Of a stretch of DNA of 64,000 nucleotides, positions 1-14,098 are shown one piece after another. The stretch is taken from positions 25,668,001 to 25,732,000 of the forward strand of contig OX597819.1 in assembly GCA_951406725.2 (NCBI GenBank), in the 5' to 3' direction. Origin of the DNA: Octopus vulgaris. Taxonomy: Eukaryota. Below the pieces are notes generated by a model. It was not told the DNA's origin, did no database searches, and saw only the letters and a list, made by a program, of their open reading frames with translations. The position numbers and the translations under genes were made by a program. Within the stretch, counting starts at the first letter, position 1. Every line of letters begins with the position of its first letter.

Positions 1-429
1 GGTATCTGACTTGGAAGAGACAACTGTGTATCTGCTTCGATTTGTCTTGCATAGTATCTTTCTGATATAGTCACAGAGACGCTCTCGTAAGAATTCAGCA
101 TATTTTCTGTGCTTTTAGAACTAGCAGTGCTCATCCTTCACCAACTCTCAATACTGATGATTTTTTCCAGAAAGCAGAGAGATAAAGAGAGGGGATAGAG
201 AAGAACCGATTTGAGTGTTGGACTAGTAGTTTATTTAACGAAAGGGAATTTTGAGCCGCATTCTATTCGCAAAGCTATCTACCCGACGCTTTAATGATTC
301 CGCCAACTAATTGCCTATCTTAGCATAGTGTAGTCGATTGTAGTTGTCATATTGAAGTAACAGATGCTTTTGTGTATAGAAGAAGTGTTAGGAATAATGT
401 CTGGCCAGAATACTTTTGGAAATATTTTA

Positions 430-649
430 TCTTTTACCTTTTATCTCTTAACTGTTTCAGTCATTAGACTGCGGTCATGCTGGGGCACTACCTTGAATTT
501 TTAGTTCAAGGAATCGACCTCACTACTTTTCTTTTAAGCTTAGTACTTATTCTATTATCTATTTTGCTGAATCGTTAAGTTACAGGGACGTAAACACACC
601 CTCACCGGATGTCAAATGATGAGGGGGAGAAACACACACGCACACGCAT

Positions 650-684
<35 letters not shown>

Positions 685-837
685 CTACGGGTTTCTTTCA
701 GTTTCTGTCTACCAATTCCACTCACAAATCTTTGGTCTGTCAAAGGCGATAGTAGAAGACTCTTGCGTAAGTTGCCGAGCAGTGGAACTGAACCCAGAAC
801 CATGTGGCTGGGAAGCAGACTTCTTGCCACACGGCCA
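430..837 (-). mobile_element. tRNA-headed SINE, family A (internal (TA)n/(TG)n tract)
   Basis: Reverse complement matches the copies at 16760 and 56200: A/B-box head, ...TTGGGCAAGTGTCTTCT... body and ...GCAGTCAAATGACTGAAACAAGTAAAAGA tail. Confidence 0.9.
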
Positions 838-984
838 TTCCTTCACCTTATACTTAATTATTCTGTAGATATCCTATATAACCTCTCACAGTTGTCGGCA
901 CTGAACAGGCAAAGAAAAATATTTGAGTAACGTTATTGCATGATGAATAGATGAAATCATTTTCGAACAAATAAAGCAACAAGT

Positions 985-1297
985 GTGGAGATGCAATGGC
1001 CCAGTGGTTAGGGCAGCGGACTCGCGGTCGGAAGATCGCGATTTCGATTCCCAGACCGGGCGTTGTGTGTATTTATTGAGCGAAAATACCTAAACGCTCC
1101 ACGAGCCTCTGGAAGGGAGTGGTGGCAACCCCTGTGGTACTCTTTCACCACAGTTTTCTCTCACTCTCTCTTCCTGTTTCTTGAGTAACGCTGCGATGGA
1201 CTGGCGCCCCATCCAACTGTGGGGAACACATACACCACAGAAACCGGGAAACCGGGCCCATCAGTTTGGCTAGGCTTGAAAAGGGCGAAAAAAAAAG
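985..1297 (+). mobile_element. tRNA-headed SINE: family B head joined to family D tail
   Basis: A box TGGCCCAGTGG and B box-like TTTCGATTCC. Head and body match 4093/11270; the 3' part from GAGTAACGCTGCGATGGACTGG matches the 1811 element; ends in an A-tail. Confidence 0.85.
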
Positions 1298-1810
1298 CAT
1301 CCAGTTGTAAATTTGGTGAACCATTAACAATGTGAAAATATTTACTACTGTCTCACATTTGTATATTTTAATTCAAGACCCTTGAAAAGATTACATACTG
1401 TTCAAGCAATGATTTAAATCTGATTAAATGCTGATTAACTATGATGCCATTTAAAATAGACACTGCTTTTGTAGCCAGTGTCAGTTACTAGGCTTCTAGA
1501 CTAAAATATTTCTAGTTGACAGCTGTAATATTCCCCTGTAATCTCCTCTGTGAACATTCTGCCACTTATGTTTTGAAATGTATTGACTAACCAATCAAGT
1601 GGAATAGAATGTCGCATTTTGTAATTTTTTTCGTAAAATAATTTGAAACCATTTTCAAAATATGTATTTGTAGCAAGATGTAAAAGACAAATAACTTCAA
1701 AATGATGAGAATGTCGCATATTCCTGATGCTATTTTTTAAACTGACTGAAGTTAAATATAATTTTCTCTCGATACAGTACCGTATAAAGTATCTGCTATA
1801 TTCCGGTAGT

Positions 1811-2071
1811 GTGGAGGCGCGTGGCTTAGTGGTTAGGGTGTCAGCATCATGATCGTAAGATTGTGGTTTCGATTCCTGGACCGGGCGACGCGTTGTATTC
1901 TTGAGCAAAACACTTCATTTCACTTTGTTCCAGTTCACTCAGCTGGCAGAAATGAGTAACGCTGCGATGGACTGGCGTTCCGTCCAGCTGGGGAACACAT
2001 ACGCCATTGAAACCGGGAAACCGGCTCCATGAGCCTCTTGCTAGGCTTTAAAAGGGCGCATTTATTTTTAT
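1811..2071 (+). mobile_element. tRNA-headed SINE, family D, with 14-bp TSD
   Basis: A box TGGCTTAGTGG, B box GGTTTCGATTCC. TSD TATATTCCGGTAGT at 1797-1810 and 2072-2085. Confidence 0.92.
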
Positions 2072-2104
2072 TATATTCCGGTAGTACTATATTCAGCCAG
2101 TGTT

Positions 2105-2735
2105 AATATTGGTTTCAAATCTGACACGAGGTCATAAATTTTAGGGGAGGAGTAAGTCGATTATATCGACCCCAACGCTCAATTTTTCTGTATTGAGCTG
2201 AAAGGTTGAAAGGTGGAGTCGACCAGGGCGGAATTTGAGCTCAAAACATCAAGACGGACGAAATAGCTATTTCTATTTCTTTACTACCCACAAGGGGCTA
2301 AACTCAGAGAGGACAAACAAGGACAGACAAACGGATTAAGTCGATTATATCGACCCCAGTGCGTAACTAGTACTTATTTAATCGACCCCGAAAGGATGAA
2401 AGGCAAAGTCGACCTCGACGAAATTTGAACTCAGAGCGTAGCGGCAGACGAAATACCACTAAGCCTTTTGCCCGGCGTGCTAACGATTGTGGAAAGACAC
2501 CATCTTTAGTAGTGTTAACACTGGTTTTAAATTTTGCCAGATGGCCAGCAGGTTCGGAGGTGGGGCTAGATCGATTAAATCCTCCCCACTGCTCAAATGG
2601 AACTTATTTTATCAGCACCTAAAATATCAAACGTTATGTTGACCTCAGGGGAATTTGAACTTAGAACGTGAAGACGGACTAAATGTCGCTAAGCATTTTT
2701 CCGTCATGCTAACGATTCTAACTGCTCGCCGCTCT
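2105..2735 (-). mobile_element. Cluster of nested family C SINEs (Nin/Deu-like core)
   Basis: Three copies of GACCCCGAAAGGATGAAAGGCAAAGTCGACCTCGGCGGAATTTGAACTC-like sequence; the best preserved is at ~2267-2489. Confidence 0.85.
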
Positions 2736-4091
2736 CACATGTATGAATATTAACGGTGATATTATAATGGCGATAATTTGCGTCGCGGACCTAAGAATAT
2801 TCTGATTTGAAATCTTGCCGGGGTATCCTTGTCTTTATTCTTTAAGGGGTCTTTACAATAAATACAAGCTGAGTACCACGGTAGATTTAGTATACCATTC
2901 CGATTCCTTGCATTTGAGGTATTGTGTTTATATGTACATCCACGTTTGCGGTATACCTAAAAAAAGTTACTGCTTCCATTACATGTTACGATTCAAACAA
3001 CCTTAACAACTGAAATAAATCAAAAGCGTAATCCAAATCGTTAACTTAAGGAAATAATTTTATGAAAATATTTAATTGTATATATCTAACTATAAATAAG
3101 AACAAATATAAACGTGTATTTTTCATTGATGTCTGTAAATGAATTTTAAGACACAAGCGTTATTATAAGTGCGGTTAGTGAGAATCGATAAAAACGCAAG
3201 CAAAATACTTTGCGGTGTTCGTATTTGCACAGTTCAAGTTCACATCACGTGGTGGACCACTTTGGTGTACATTTCTGCAGAGTTTGAAAAAAATAAGTAC
3301 CAGTATAGTAACTAAATATAGCCACCTATGTAACTGTGAAACTGTGCTTATGTGAGAATTCAAAATCACGGCCCAACGAGAACAGCAGAAGCAAAAAGAA
3401 AAGAAGAAACAGAACAAACACACAAAAACAAAAAACAAGGCATGACTAAATAGAATGACAAATATAATGTTGATGCTCAACTTGACACTTTGCAGTAACT
3501 TGACATTTTATATTCGCGTCTTTCAACAAGATCATGACTCATGTGTGTTGTACGGATAGCTTGGTATAAGGATCTCCTTTGCTGGAAATTCTATCTGCAG
3601 CGCTTATCGCTCGTGTCCTCTGATCAGAAGTCCTCATGCATATTAATAATTCTAGCTTACATAATAATAATATGCAGTAAAATAATTATAAAAAAGGAAG
3701 TTCTGGATCCTTTGAGGAAAAAAAAAACAAGCAGAAAATATCAACAATTTGTAATACAGTGGATATATTTTAAATTAATGACTCCTCATTTTGCATCTAC
3801 GTAAGGAATACGGTGGTTTATTTCAGAAACTCAAAAGATGATTGGATAATGAGTGCGTCATCTTTCTATTGGTAGCCAGCTCCAGTTTCGTTTTCTTCTG
3901 ATAAATATAGAGTTGTATTCAAGCTGGCTTTTCTCAAACGCATTTTTGAAATAGAATTTATATTTGCAGCACTTTTAAATGATTTCTGTCATAAGAAAAA
4001 TAGTCTGCGGTTAAGATACGTCCAAATGAGACAGCTGTATTCATGTGGTCTACTTAGTTGTTGCTATTATTGTAGTTTAACTATGACCTCG

Positions 4092-4476
4092 TAGGAGCAC
4101 TCCGTCGGTTACGACGATGAGGGTCCCAGCTGTTACGATCAACGGAACAGCTTGCTCGTGGAATTAACGTGCAAGTGGCTGAGCATTCCACAGACACTTG
4201 TACCCTTAACGTAGTTCTCGAGGAGATTCAGCGTGACACAGAGTGTGACAAGGCTGGCCCTTTGAAATACAGGTACAACAGAAACAGGAAGAAAGAGTGA
4301 GAGAAAGTTGTGGTGAAAGAGTACAGCAGGGTTCACCACCACCCCCTGCAGGAGCCTTGTGAAGCTTTTAGGTGTTTTCGCTCAATAAACACTCACAATG
4401 CCCGGTCTGGGAATCGAAACCGCGATCCTACGACCGTGAGTCCGCTGCCCTAACCACTGGGCCATTGCGCCTCCAC
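4092..4476 (-). mobile_element. tRNA-headed SINE, family B
   Basis: Close match to 11270-11648; AACTATGA repeated at 4079-4086 and 4477-4484 (probable TSD). Confidence 0.9.
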
Positions 4477-5419
4477 AACTATGATCTAATGGTCCTGCGC
4501 GAGAATCTCTTCCAGATGTTATCATCCACTCGTTTTTGCTACTGGGCATAGTTTATCTACAACAACGTGAATCCATTTATGAGAAAGAAGTGAATTCTGA
4601 GGAGATTTGGCTATTTCTGGTATTTTTACTGACTACCATTACCACTTGTCATGAGGCTGACGTCATCCCTGTGAATGACTGTTGCTTTTGACTCAAATAG
4701 AAGACACAAGACTTTGTTTATATTCCTACTAGGCTTACACTTGATCATCGACATGTTTTCTTCAAAGCAACGTTATTTACAAAGCAATTGAAAGATGCTG
4801 TAGGGTTTCAAATCATTTTCTGTGGCCTGGCCATCATACACAATTAAATGCGGCTAAAATCATACGGTAAACAACTTCCACAAAGCCTGAGATTGCATGC
4901 ACGATAGGAACCAAGAAACATATTTCAGAGTGGAATACAGGATTCAAAAAAAATCATGCAATATGCCATGCCAGCCAAACAAGAAATTACTTCATATATT
5001 TAATTTTAAATTCGTGTTACCAATTAAGATATATAAATAATAAAGCAATGTAGAGGAGCTTCCGGTAGTTACGATTCCCTATGGCTGTTATTACTTCAAT
5101 TTTATGCGATGCTTGTTAGTATTAATTGAGCGCAGGACAAAACGTCCAGTCGAGCTTCGTTATGTCACCTTATATTTTGACCTCAAGACATTTTTGCTCG
5201 CCTCTTACTATATATATAAAATCCGAAAGGCACAAAAAACTACTAGGCCGATAAAGTTCGGACCCAACTGGTGAAAAGCAGGAAAAAAAGTTGACAAGAG
5301 CGAGAAAAAAAACGTCAAAACGTCAATAGCTTATGCTCCATAGTGACCCAAGGTCTGAAGAATAAACATATATACATACATACATACATACATACATACA
5401 TACATACATACATACATGC

Positions 5420-5462
<43 letters not shown>

Positions 5463-5689
5463 TATATATATATAATTATTAGCGACAGAAACAGTATTAA
5501 TACCTAGGCAATCCTTATATCTGACTTTGGAATTGAGAAACCTTGAGAACTCCTCTCATATAGTCGCATGGTGCTTAAAAAGAAACTTATCAACAATATC
5601 GCGTTTTCTTGTATATATCCTTTTATGCATCATGCCTCCATATGAAAAGACCTCTCAATGTGTATAACGAGGCATTCGATGGTCTATCA

Positions 5690-5852
5690 AAGCAAATATT
5701 AGCAATAGAACTAGTATTGGTACAAAAAGCAATCTTTTTTTTTATCCAACTTAACGTAGGTATGTTGATGTTCTAGCAAAATACCTACGTTAAGTTGGAT
5801 AAAAGATTGCATTTTTGTACCAATACTAATTCTGCTGCTACTGATTTGCTTT
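5690..5852. repeat. Inverted repeat with ~80-bp arms (probable PLE remnant)
   Basis: ...AGTATTGGTACAAAAAGCAATCTTTT..ATCCAACTTAACGTAGGTAT is mirrored by ATACCTACGTTAAGTTGGATAAAAGATTGCATTTTTGTACCAATACT. Confidence 0.8.
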
Positions 5853-8544
5853 CATAAACGTTTAATATATTTGTAACATCAGTGCCTGAATAGTGACTGT
5901 AATTCTATTTATCGTTGACAGTGAGGTTTGGCTAGTATACGGCGAGCGGACAGCTGTCAATGAAGAGACGAAGTGCGTCGAAATCCTGTGATCTATCAAT
6001 CCAAGCGCTCAGAGCAGACGATTCTCGTCTGTCAACAATATAAATATATGTACTTTTCTGCACCATTCGTCCATCTGTGATGTCTTCTCAAAGCAAGTAC
6101 CACACTAGTCAGCGTTCGAACAAAACATCGACATTCAGTTGGATATATTTTAATAATTCAGTCATTAGACTGCAGTCATGGTGGGGCACAGCCTTGAACA
6201 AACGTAAGTCGAGTGAATCGACCCTGGTATATACCGGTTAGTTTGAAAGTTGCTACATCATTGGAAGATTAGAGAGTGATAGATTTAATTCCGGCACTAT
6301 TTGAACCTAAACTTTTAAAAATCGTGACTAATCATTGCAAAATATTTTAATTCACACTCAAACTATTCTGTAAATCAACCACCATTTGTGTAGTGAAGTA
6401 TTAATAGATTTCTTCATATAGCTGATATGATGAAGGTCACGATAAAAAAAATCGGATAACAGAAGTGGCTAAGGAAAATTAATTTAGATAAGAATAAGAG
6501 AATCTGACAATTTCGATTGTATTCATAAATGAAACACATTACACGTTCCACTTAAATTTTCTACTCTGAGAATCTCATCTGGCAATGTGTTCAATAAATT
6601 TGGAACGTCGCATCTAATGACACATGAATAACAGACAAACTTAAGTGTTTATTACACGAACAGAGTTTCTAATGATGTATCTTTTTGATACTAGTATGAT
6701 TTTAAGGAAAGAGATTTAGTGGACGCTAGTTGAGATATTAAATGGTTATAAAGATATTGAATGTCAACTGCTATTATAGATTTAATCACAAAAGAAAACG
6801 ACATTTTAATATAACTATGTGTTTCAGTACATACTATACATTTTATCAAACAACGCTTCTTTATTTTGTATTATAATTTGGAATTTCAATTACTAGCTAC
6901 GAAACACAAAACTCCATATCACCATTGTTTCCAAAGCTACATGGGATATATCAATGTTTTATTTTAAACTGCATTTAAAAAGTTTAAATTTCTTATAGAA
7001 CTTAGTAAACCATTGAGCCACAACTAAATACTGCATATTCATACTATCAGTGAAGAAATAGTCAAATTACTGTTCTCATCTTTTTACAGGTTATTGGCTA
7101 TAATCTACTGGTATGTAGCTCCAAGTCAGCCTTCACCCCGCAGACCTGTGCTCAATGAACCAAGACTACCTTGTTATTGAATATATTTCCCGTTGTATTA
7201 TCCAATTTATCACATTTTTATCACATTTTTAAAGCTGTAAATTGTAATTTGGTAGATATTTCGCCGCAATTTCTAGCCTGTGTAGGGAGTCTCTCGTCGG
7301 TTCGTGGATAGAATTTGTTGTTATCGAGAGAGAAAATGGTCGACCTTTGCCCATTTGGTTTGATAGCTATTCACTATGATTCTGTTGCTCGCACAATTTT
7401 ATCATATAGTCGTAAGGAAAGGTAGAGCTATCTCGTAAAAAAACTACTTTCAGTGTTTACAAAATGAAATAATTATGAGATTAGATATTAAATTTCTTGC
7501 CTTTTATAACAGACGAATATTGCCTGAAACAATTTTGTCTATGGGTAGCAAATCAATAATTTACTTGTGTTTATTCAAGTTACAAAATAAAAGACGCCAT
7601 AAATGTTTTAAAAATTCAGTCGGCTGAATTCTCCACCAGTGCGGCCGGATTACGTGCAACTGATATCCAATGCACCTCCCACTACATGCTTTTACCTCGA
7701 AACGTCTGTTGACTAGCTGACAATGATGTAAGGCATAAAACATGAGGAATATGAAATAATAGATTTTAAAGTTTTCTTTTGGGCCATACAATAAACCACA
7801 TTCTTCAGTTTTTTCTCTCTCTCCCCTCTCGCTCTCTGTCTCTCTCTCTCTCTCTATCTATCTGTCTATCTATCTATCTACCTATCTCTCTTTCTATCTA
7901 TGTGTATGTGCTTGTGTGTGTGTGTGTGTGTGTGTTTGTGGGATTGTGTGTGCGTGTTTATTTAAATTAATTTGGCACTAAATAGTAGTAAATAAGTGTA
8001 TTATTTGTATTTACTTAAATTTGGGGTAAATAGGAAAACGCGGCCAAAGTTTTAACTTTCATATTTATAGAAGAAAAATACAAATTATAAATCATTCTGC
8101 AGAAAATCATGTTGATCAATTTTGAAAAAAGAATTTCTAATAATGAAATATTTGTGCGAAGCAAAATGTCTTCTGTTACATTGGATAGTCAACTATGGAC
8201 AAAGGTTTAATCTCACTCAATATTTAGATGATGGTCTTCAAGAATGGAAAATTATAGGAAAAGTATTTTTGATCTCACTGCGACGCACAATATGTTTCAT
8301 TAGCGTTTATTGTTAAAAAAGAGATACTATTTCACAAATTACATAGATTGCGCACAGGTTGTATTTTTGTTGTAGAAGAAACAGATACTCTTTGACCGTC
8401 ACTGAATAGAATAAAGAACTATACAAGAAAATGGAGAAACGGAATAGATTTCATCTTTGTCCAACATCTATAAAAATATTTAGCAACATACATGCAACGC
8501 CATACAATTTATATACCATGACAACTTATAAATTCACAAAAGGG

Positions 8545-9110
8545 AAATGATAGAGTTAGTTGATTATATCGATCGCAGTGTTCAACTGGTACTTATTTTA
8601 TCGACCCCGAAGGATGAAAGGCTAAGTCAACAACGCCGGAATTTGTACTCAGAACATAGGCCTGAAGAAATGCCGCTAATCATTTTTACCTGCTTGTTAA
8701 CGATTTTCTCAGTTTTCCGCCTTATTATTGCTTCAAAGTTTTACAGAAATCTACCAGATTTGAGGGGAAATAATAGGTGAATACCATCGACCCTACTACT
8801 TGACTGACACTGTATTTTACCGAGTCCGAATGGATAAAAGGCTAAGTTTGACATAGGCAGTATTTGAACTCAGAACATAAATCAGGAAGAAATGCCAATA
8901 TTGTCCAAGGTGTTGACAATTCTGCCAGCTCGTTGCCTTTATAATGGTTTTTAATTATGTTAAAAACCAGCAATTGATGGGAAGGAGTCAGTCGATTACA
9001 CGGACCTCAATGCTTCGCTGGAACTTTATTCCATCGACCCGAAAGTAAGAAAGACACAGTTGACCTAAGTGGTATTTCAACTTAGGACGCAAAGTGTTCG
9101 AAAAGCACTT
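8545..9110 (-). mobile_element. Three degenerate family C SINE copies
   Basis: Repeated diverged ATCGACCCCGAAGGATGAAAGG..ATTTGAACTCAGAAC motifs. Confidence 0.75.
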
Positions 9111-9331
9111 AAAATGTTAAATGGTTGAAATCGTACGCGGACAGATGACTTCACTTACCTTTTTTTCTGTGAATCCATAAATAAATGACAGTTATACATT
9201 TGTTCGTCTCTGTCGGTCTTCATTGCCTCTATTCCCTGAAATATATTTTTCATAATATGATCCCTGTCATTATTAACCAATGAGCCGTCGTGTTTTGAAC
9301 TCAGTAACATATTATCTGAGGAAAGCTTCTT

Positions 9332-9581
9332 CATCATCATCATTGTTCGACCGTGGTCGAGACAATGGAATTTACCATGCTACGCCAGACATCACCGTCC
9401 ATCATGGCATTACGGAGGTCCTGTTGCTGGATGCCTGTATCCCTGGAGATTACATCAGGGTAGGAGAGTGTGCGCCCTCTGGTATTGCGAGTAGATGGCT
9501 TCCAGAGGAGAAGAGTAGAAATTACTTTTTTTTCAGCTCTACAACAATGTCCAGCAAACTGGACTCTCCTACCTTTCTTGT
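9332..9581 (-). mobile_element. 5'-truncated RTE/RTEX-like LINE 3' end
   Basis: Minus strand translates to KGRRVQFAGHCCRAEKKVISTLLLWKPSTRNTRGRTLSYPDVISRDTG...DVWRSMV...*; (GAT)n tail; TSD GAAAGCTTCTT at 9321-9331 and 9582-9592. Confidence 0.85.
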
Positions 9582-10428
9582 GAAAGCTTCTTACTATTCC
9601 TAGTAGGCAAGCGTCTTTGTAGGGACCTTGTTATTAATTCAGGTATTTTATAAAACCGATTAAATGAGCCACATATTTCCAACCATTTTTGTGCTATTGT
9701 CCCAAAGCGAAAACACATCAATATTAGCGAGTTCAGCTGTAACGAATCCTCAGAACGAACAAATGGTTCACATCTCAATGTTATCAGTTTTGTTTATATA
9801 TAAGTTCAATCGGCTATGTCACAAAATATGCTTAAGAAACATTTAAAAGCATAACACTTTTACTCTCTACTTAAAAGATTATATTATTGAAAACAACAAA
9901 TTAGGGATGATAAAAATGACTGTCAGGAAAAAAGAAATTTTCGTATTTTGTTTAAATATTAGATATTATAATTGAAATTTCGACATACATAACGATACAA
10001 TGGATACATGATTTTGAAATGGAAAATGAGACAGCAGCATCTTTCCTTGCAAAAATTAAATCGACGACGGAAACGATGATGATTTGGACATAATGTTTTG
10101 CTATACAGCAATAACTAACATTAAGCCGATTTGTACGAATTAAATCTAATTATATATTGCGTTAAAGAGAAATCAAATGATCATAAAGAATATACATAAA
10201 TTAAGTAGCAGGCATAGACAATCAAACTATATGGGGGAATAAAAGCAATGAAAATTGCAGGATTTATTTAATGAAATGGTATGTTAATTTGCTGAAATCG
10301 TTATAATCAAATAATTGGAGAATATTTTGTAAACTATATTTATATAGTTAATAGGATAAAAATCAGTCACATGCAATATTTTCATCATATTTCGGTAGAT
10401 ATGCGGACGCATACGCACACAAATATGC

Positions 10429-10484
<56 letters not shown>

Positions 10485-11266
10485 GTACGTACATACATAC
10501 ATATATATATACACACACAGACCCTCATATTTATGCGTGAGTACATGCATATGTACCTATATACGAAGATACATAATTGTGGTTACTTGCAGACAAATAA
10601 CATACACGTATCCAGCCGAGAAAGGAGTAATCTATAATGACTAATTATAATCAGAGAGATATTTGGAAACAATAGACAATATAACAATTATAACCTACAA
10701 CTATGAAATGCCACATATACACAGAGTTGGAACGACCCGTCCTAAGTTTATGGATGTTTGGAATTTCATTGTTTTTCCTACAAATATCTAGGTTTAGGAA
10801 AATCAATGTTGAAAACTCTCTTGAGTTACGCTAAACAAATCCAGAATCCAAAAGCTGGTTATTTGTTGTTTAGGAATAGTACTTAAACCTTCCTCAAAAT
10901 GACACTCGACAGTCCTAAAAAATAAGGTTACATTCGATAAAATAGTTATAGGTATGTATAAAAAAGAAACGAGCTGGTCAAGTCTGAAACGTCTTTGGAA
11001 ATAAGTCTATTCGATTAGGTTTTACTTATGGTTAAACAAAATTGCAAAAATATTCATTAGTAATAACATCGTTAAGGTTTTAATTTCAGAAAGGTAAAAC
11101 TAGAGAAATGTTTTCAAAATATATCAATGCAGTTTCTGTTTTCCTGGAGAAAATTAATTAAATGCAACAAGTAAAAGTATTCATCTCTGGTCTACGGTAT
11201 TCTTTGTGATTTATATGACTTCGTAAGAAAAGGAAAGACAGTGCCATGATTGTTTATTGGGCAAAT

Positions 11267-11648
11267 TGGAAGCACTCCGTCGATTACGACGATGAGGGTT
11301 CCGGTTGATCCGAATCGACGGAACAGCCTGCTCGTGAAATTAACGTGTAAGTGGCTGAGCACTCCACAGACACGTGTACCCTCAACGTAGTTCTCGGAGA
11401 TATTCAGCGTGACACAGAGAGTGACAAGGCCGGCCCTTTGAAATACAGGTACAACAGAAACAGGAAGTAAGAGTGAGAGAAAGTTGTGGTGAAAGAGTAC
11501 AGCAGGGATCACCACCATCCCTGCTGGAGCCTCGTGGAGCTTTAGGTGTTTTCGCTCAATAAACACTCACAACGCCCGGTATGGGAATCGAAACCGCGAT
11601 CTTATGACCGCGAGTCCGCTGCCCTAACCACTGGGCCATTGCGCCTCC
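11267..11648 (-). mobile_element. tRNA-headed SINE, family B, with 11-bp TSD
   Basis: TSD ATTGGGCAAAT at 11256-11266 and 11649-11659; homologous to 4092-4476. Confidence 0.92.
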
Positions 11649-12261
11649 ATTGGGCAAATAAACCTGGTGCGAATGAAAGAGTTACCTTGCATGAAACTGT
11701 GTAGACTCCGTTAAGGACATTCTAAGGCAAACTGATGTTGATAGTAGACAGATTCAGTATACTACTAATAAACAGGACCACTTCCTCCAACTCACGCAGT
11801 TTTGAGTACCAAATTTCTCTCAAAGATTTTTGATCAATTCTAGATTAGTATAGGAAAAAATTGTTCGAGATGTTGTGCCGTGGAATCGGGCCCAAGATTA
11901 CGTTCAGAGGAATAAAAATTCTAGACAACAATTATGCATGTAATGTTACCATGCATACCGTTCAGATATAACCACCTAAATACCTGAATGTTCAGGTGTC
12001 ACATAGTAAGTACTGGATCTCACAATTAACATATTTGCCCGTCTGTAGCACTTCAACGCGGGAGAATTTATCTGTTCTATAACAGAAACAACGGCAAAAT
12101 CACCCAAATTGATTTTTCTGTCCATCAAGTAAACTTTACGAGAAACGTTTTATAGAAATATTTAAAGCTTCAGAAATTGTTTTTACTTGAAATGTATTAT
12201 AATTAAATGGAAAAATTGAATCAAAAGAAGATAATTAGATGTGATATATAATGCCACAGTA

Positions 12262-12550
12262 GTATAGATACATACATATATACATACATACATACATATA
12301 TACATACATACATACATACATACATACATGCATACATACATACATACATATATATATGCATATATGTATATATGAAACATATATATATATATATATGAAA
12401 CATATATACATATAAAAAAATATATATATATATATATGTATGTGAATATTGAAACACACACACACATATATGTACCTGCGCATGTGTATGTATGTATGTA
12501 TGTATGTATGTATGTATGTATGTATGTATGTATGTGTGTATGTACGTATG

Positions 12551-12591
<41 letters not shown>

Positions 12592-12612
12592 GTACGTACA
12601 TACATAAATACA
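12262..12612. repeat. Compound (TACA)n/(TA)n/(TATG)n microsatellite
   Basis: Seen directly. Confidence 0.95.
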
Positions 12613-13073
12613 TACTCACAAACACATTTATGTATGAAACTAGTTGGATTCAACTCCGTTTCTCTCGGCGGAAACGTTTATTAATGGAATGACTCATAAA
12701 TGCATAAAATTTAATTTCTGAACTTTGATAATATACAAGTTGTGAATAAATATGTAATGAAGTCATCAACAGTTGTCATTGGTTTCTTCGGCTGCAAGAC
12801 CACTGATCATTAAATGATAATTATGACTAACAGTGTTCGTGGAGATTCTAAGGTTACCTAGGGAACCATAATATTGGTGGAGTAAAAAAAAAAAAAAAGC
12901 TAACAAGAAAACGTGATATACATAAATTATTTTTGAAATTGTAATTGGCGTGACGTATTTGAATCTGGAAATGTTTGAAACATCAACTAAGGAGTTCTAA
13001 TGGTGCAAGCGTTGGAGTGAACATTACGTCTTGTTATGCATTCATCAAATGAATGCACTTTAGGAAGAGTTAC

Positions 13074-13208
13074 TGTTGTGTGGACGTCCCCAGACGACGA
13101 AGTAGGCTAGCCCAATACGTAGATATTGAGGGAGAAGTCTAGACGTCAGAGTTGAGTAGCGGAATAGAGTCATAGTAGAGTTGAGGCATCGGAACGTGCG
13201 ACATAACA
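13074..13208. mobile_element. Possible short solo LTR
   Basis: TGTTGTGT...ACATAACA termini flanked by GTTAC/GTTAT. Confidence 0.4.
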
Positions 13209-13317
13209 GTTATATATAGCTGTCTATGATTAAAACTGCTAAAAATGTGTTGAAACAATAACGTATATATTTATGGCTACGTTTTGATTTGCAAGTCTTC
13301 TGAATCGTGTTTTGAAA

Positions 13318-13668
13318 TAGATATTGTTATTTTTCGGAATGGTCTTTTTTTTTGCCACGTAAACACACGCATCATATACTCGTCCATCACTTCAGCTTTG
13401 ATATTATTATTATTATTATTTTAATATCTTTGTTGGAAATATTTTGCCAATCCCAGTGACCTCTTCAGCGACTCTCCACCCCACGTGTCTCCTCCTGTCC
13501 TGTTTAGTCCATTCTGTCCTTCTATAGTCAAAAGATGTGTCACAAAAGATTTCAGACAAAGGACACAAAAATAAGAACAATAATAAAGAGTATAACGGGC
13601 ATTTGTTTATATGGCGTGGCAAAAAAGAAAAAAAAGAAAAATGACCATCCCGAACTATAGCTATATTT
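13318..13668. mobile_element. Degenerate PLE-like remnant with inverted ends
   Basis: TTCGGAATGGTCTTTTTTTTTGCCACG is mirrored by CGTGGCAAAAAA..ATGACCATCCCGAA; a decayed CTGAAGA core lies on the minus strand near 13462-13468. Confidence 0.5.
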
Positions 13669-14046
13669 GTATATTAAAATTTTAAGAATTTTCGACTAGA
13701 CAATAAAAGGTAAAACACAGACTGTGTATACAATATTCTGCTTCGTTTCAACTTAGTTTGTAATGCTTTATTTAACAAATCTTAATATGCCGCACTACAT
13801 TCTTATTTGCATATTACTGAAGGTACATTAGGCTAATCATCAAACAAGTGTCCCAGTGAGCAAATAATTGTAGGTGATGTGTCAGACACACGCATGCATG
13901 CATACAAACACATACAGACACACAAACACATGTACATTCTTGATCATGATATATATGGTTGGGAAGTAACGTCTTACCGGTCACCTACGACTGTGTCTAT
14001 ACACACACACACACATATATATGTATACATATATGTGTGTATATAT

Positions 14047-14098
<52 letters not shown>

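Noticed and set aside
985-1065. tRNA gene-like sequences at SINE heads (also 1811, 4400-4476, 16760 and others)
   Set aside because: They continue into SINE bodies with tails and TSDs and lack a complete acceptor stem.
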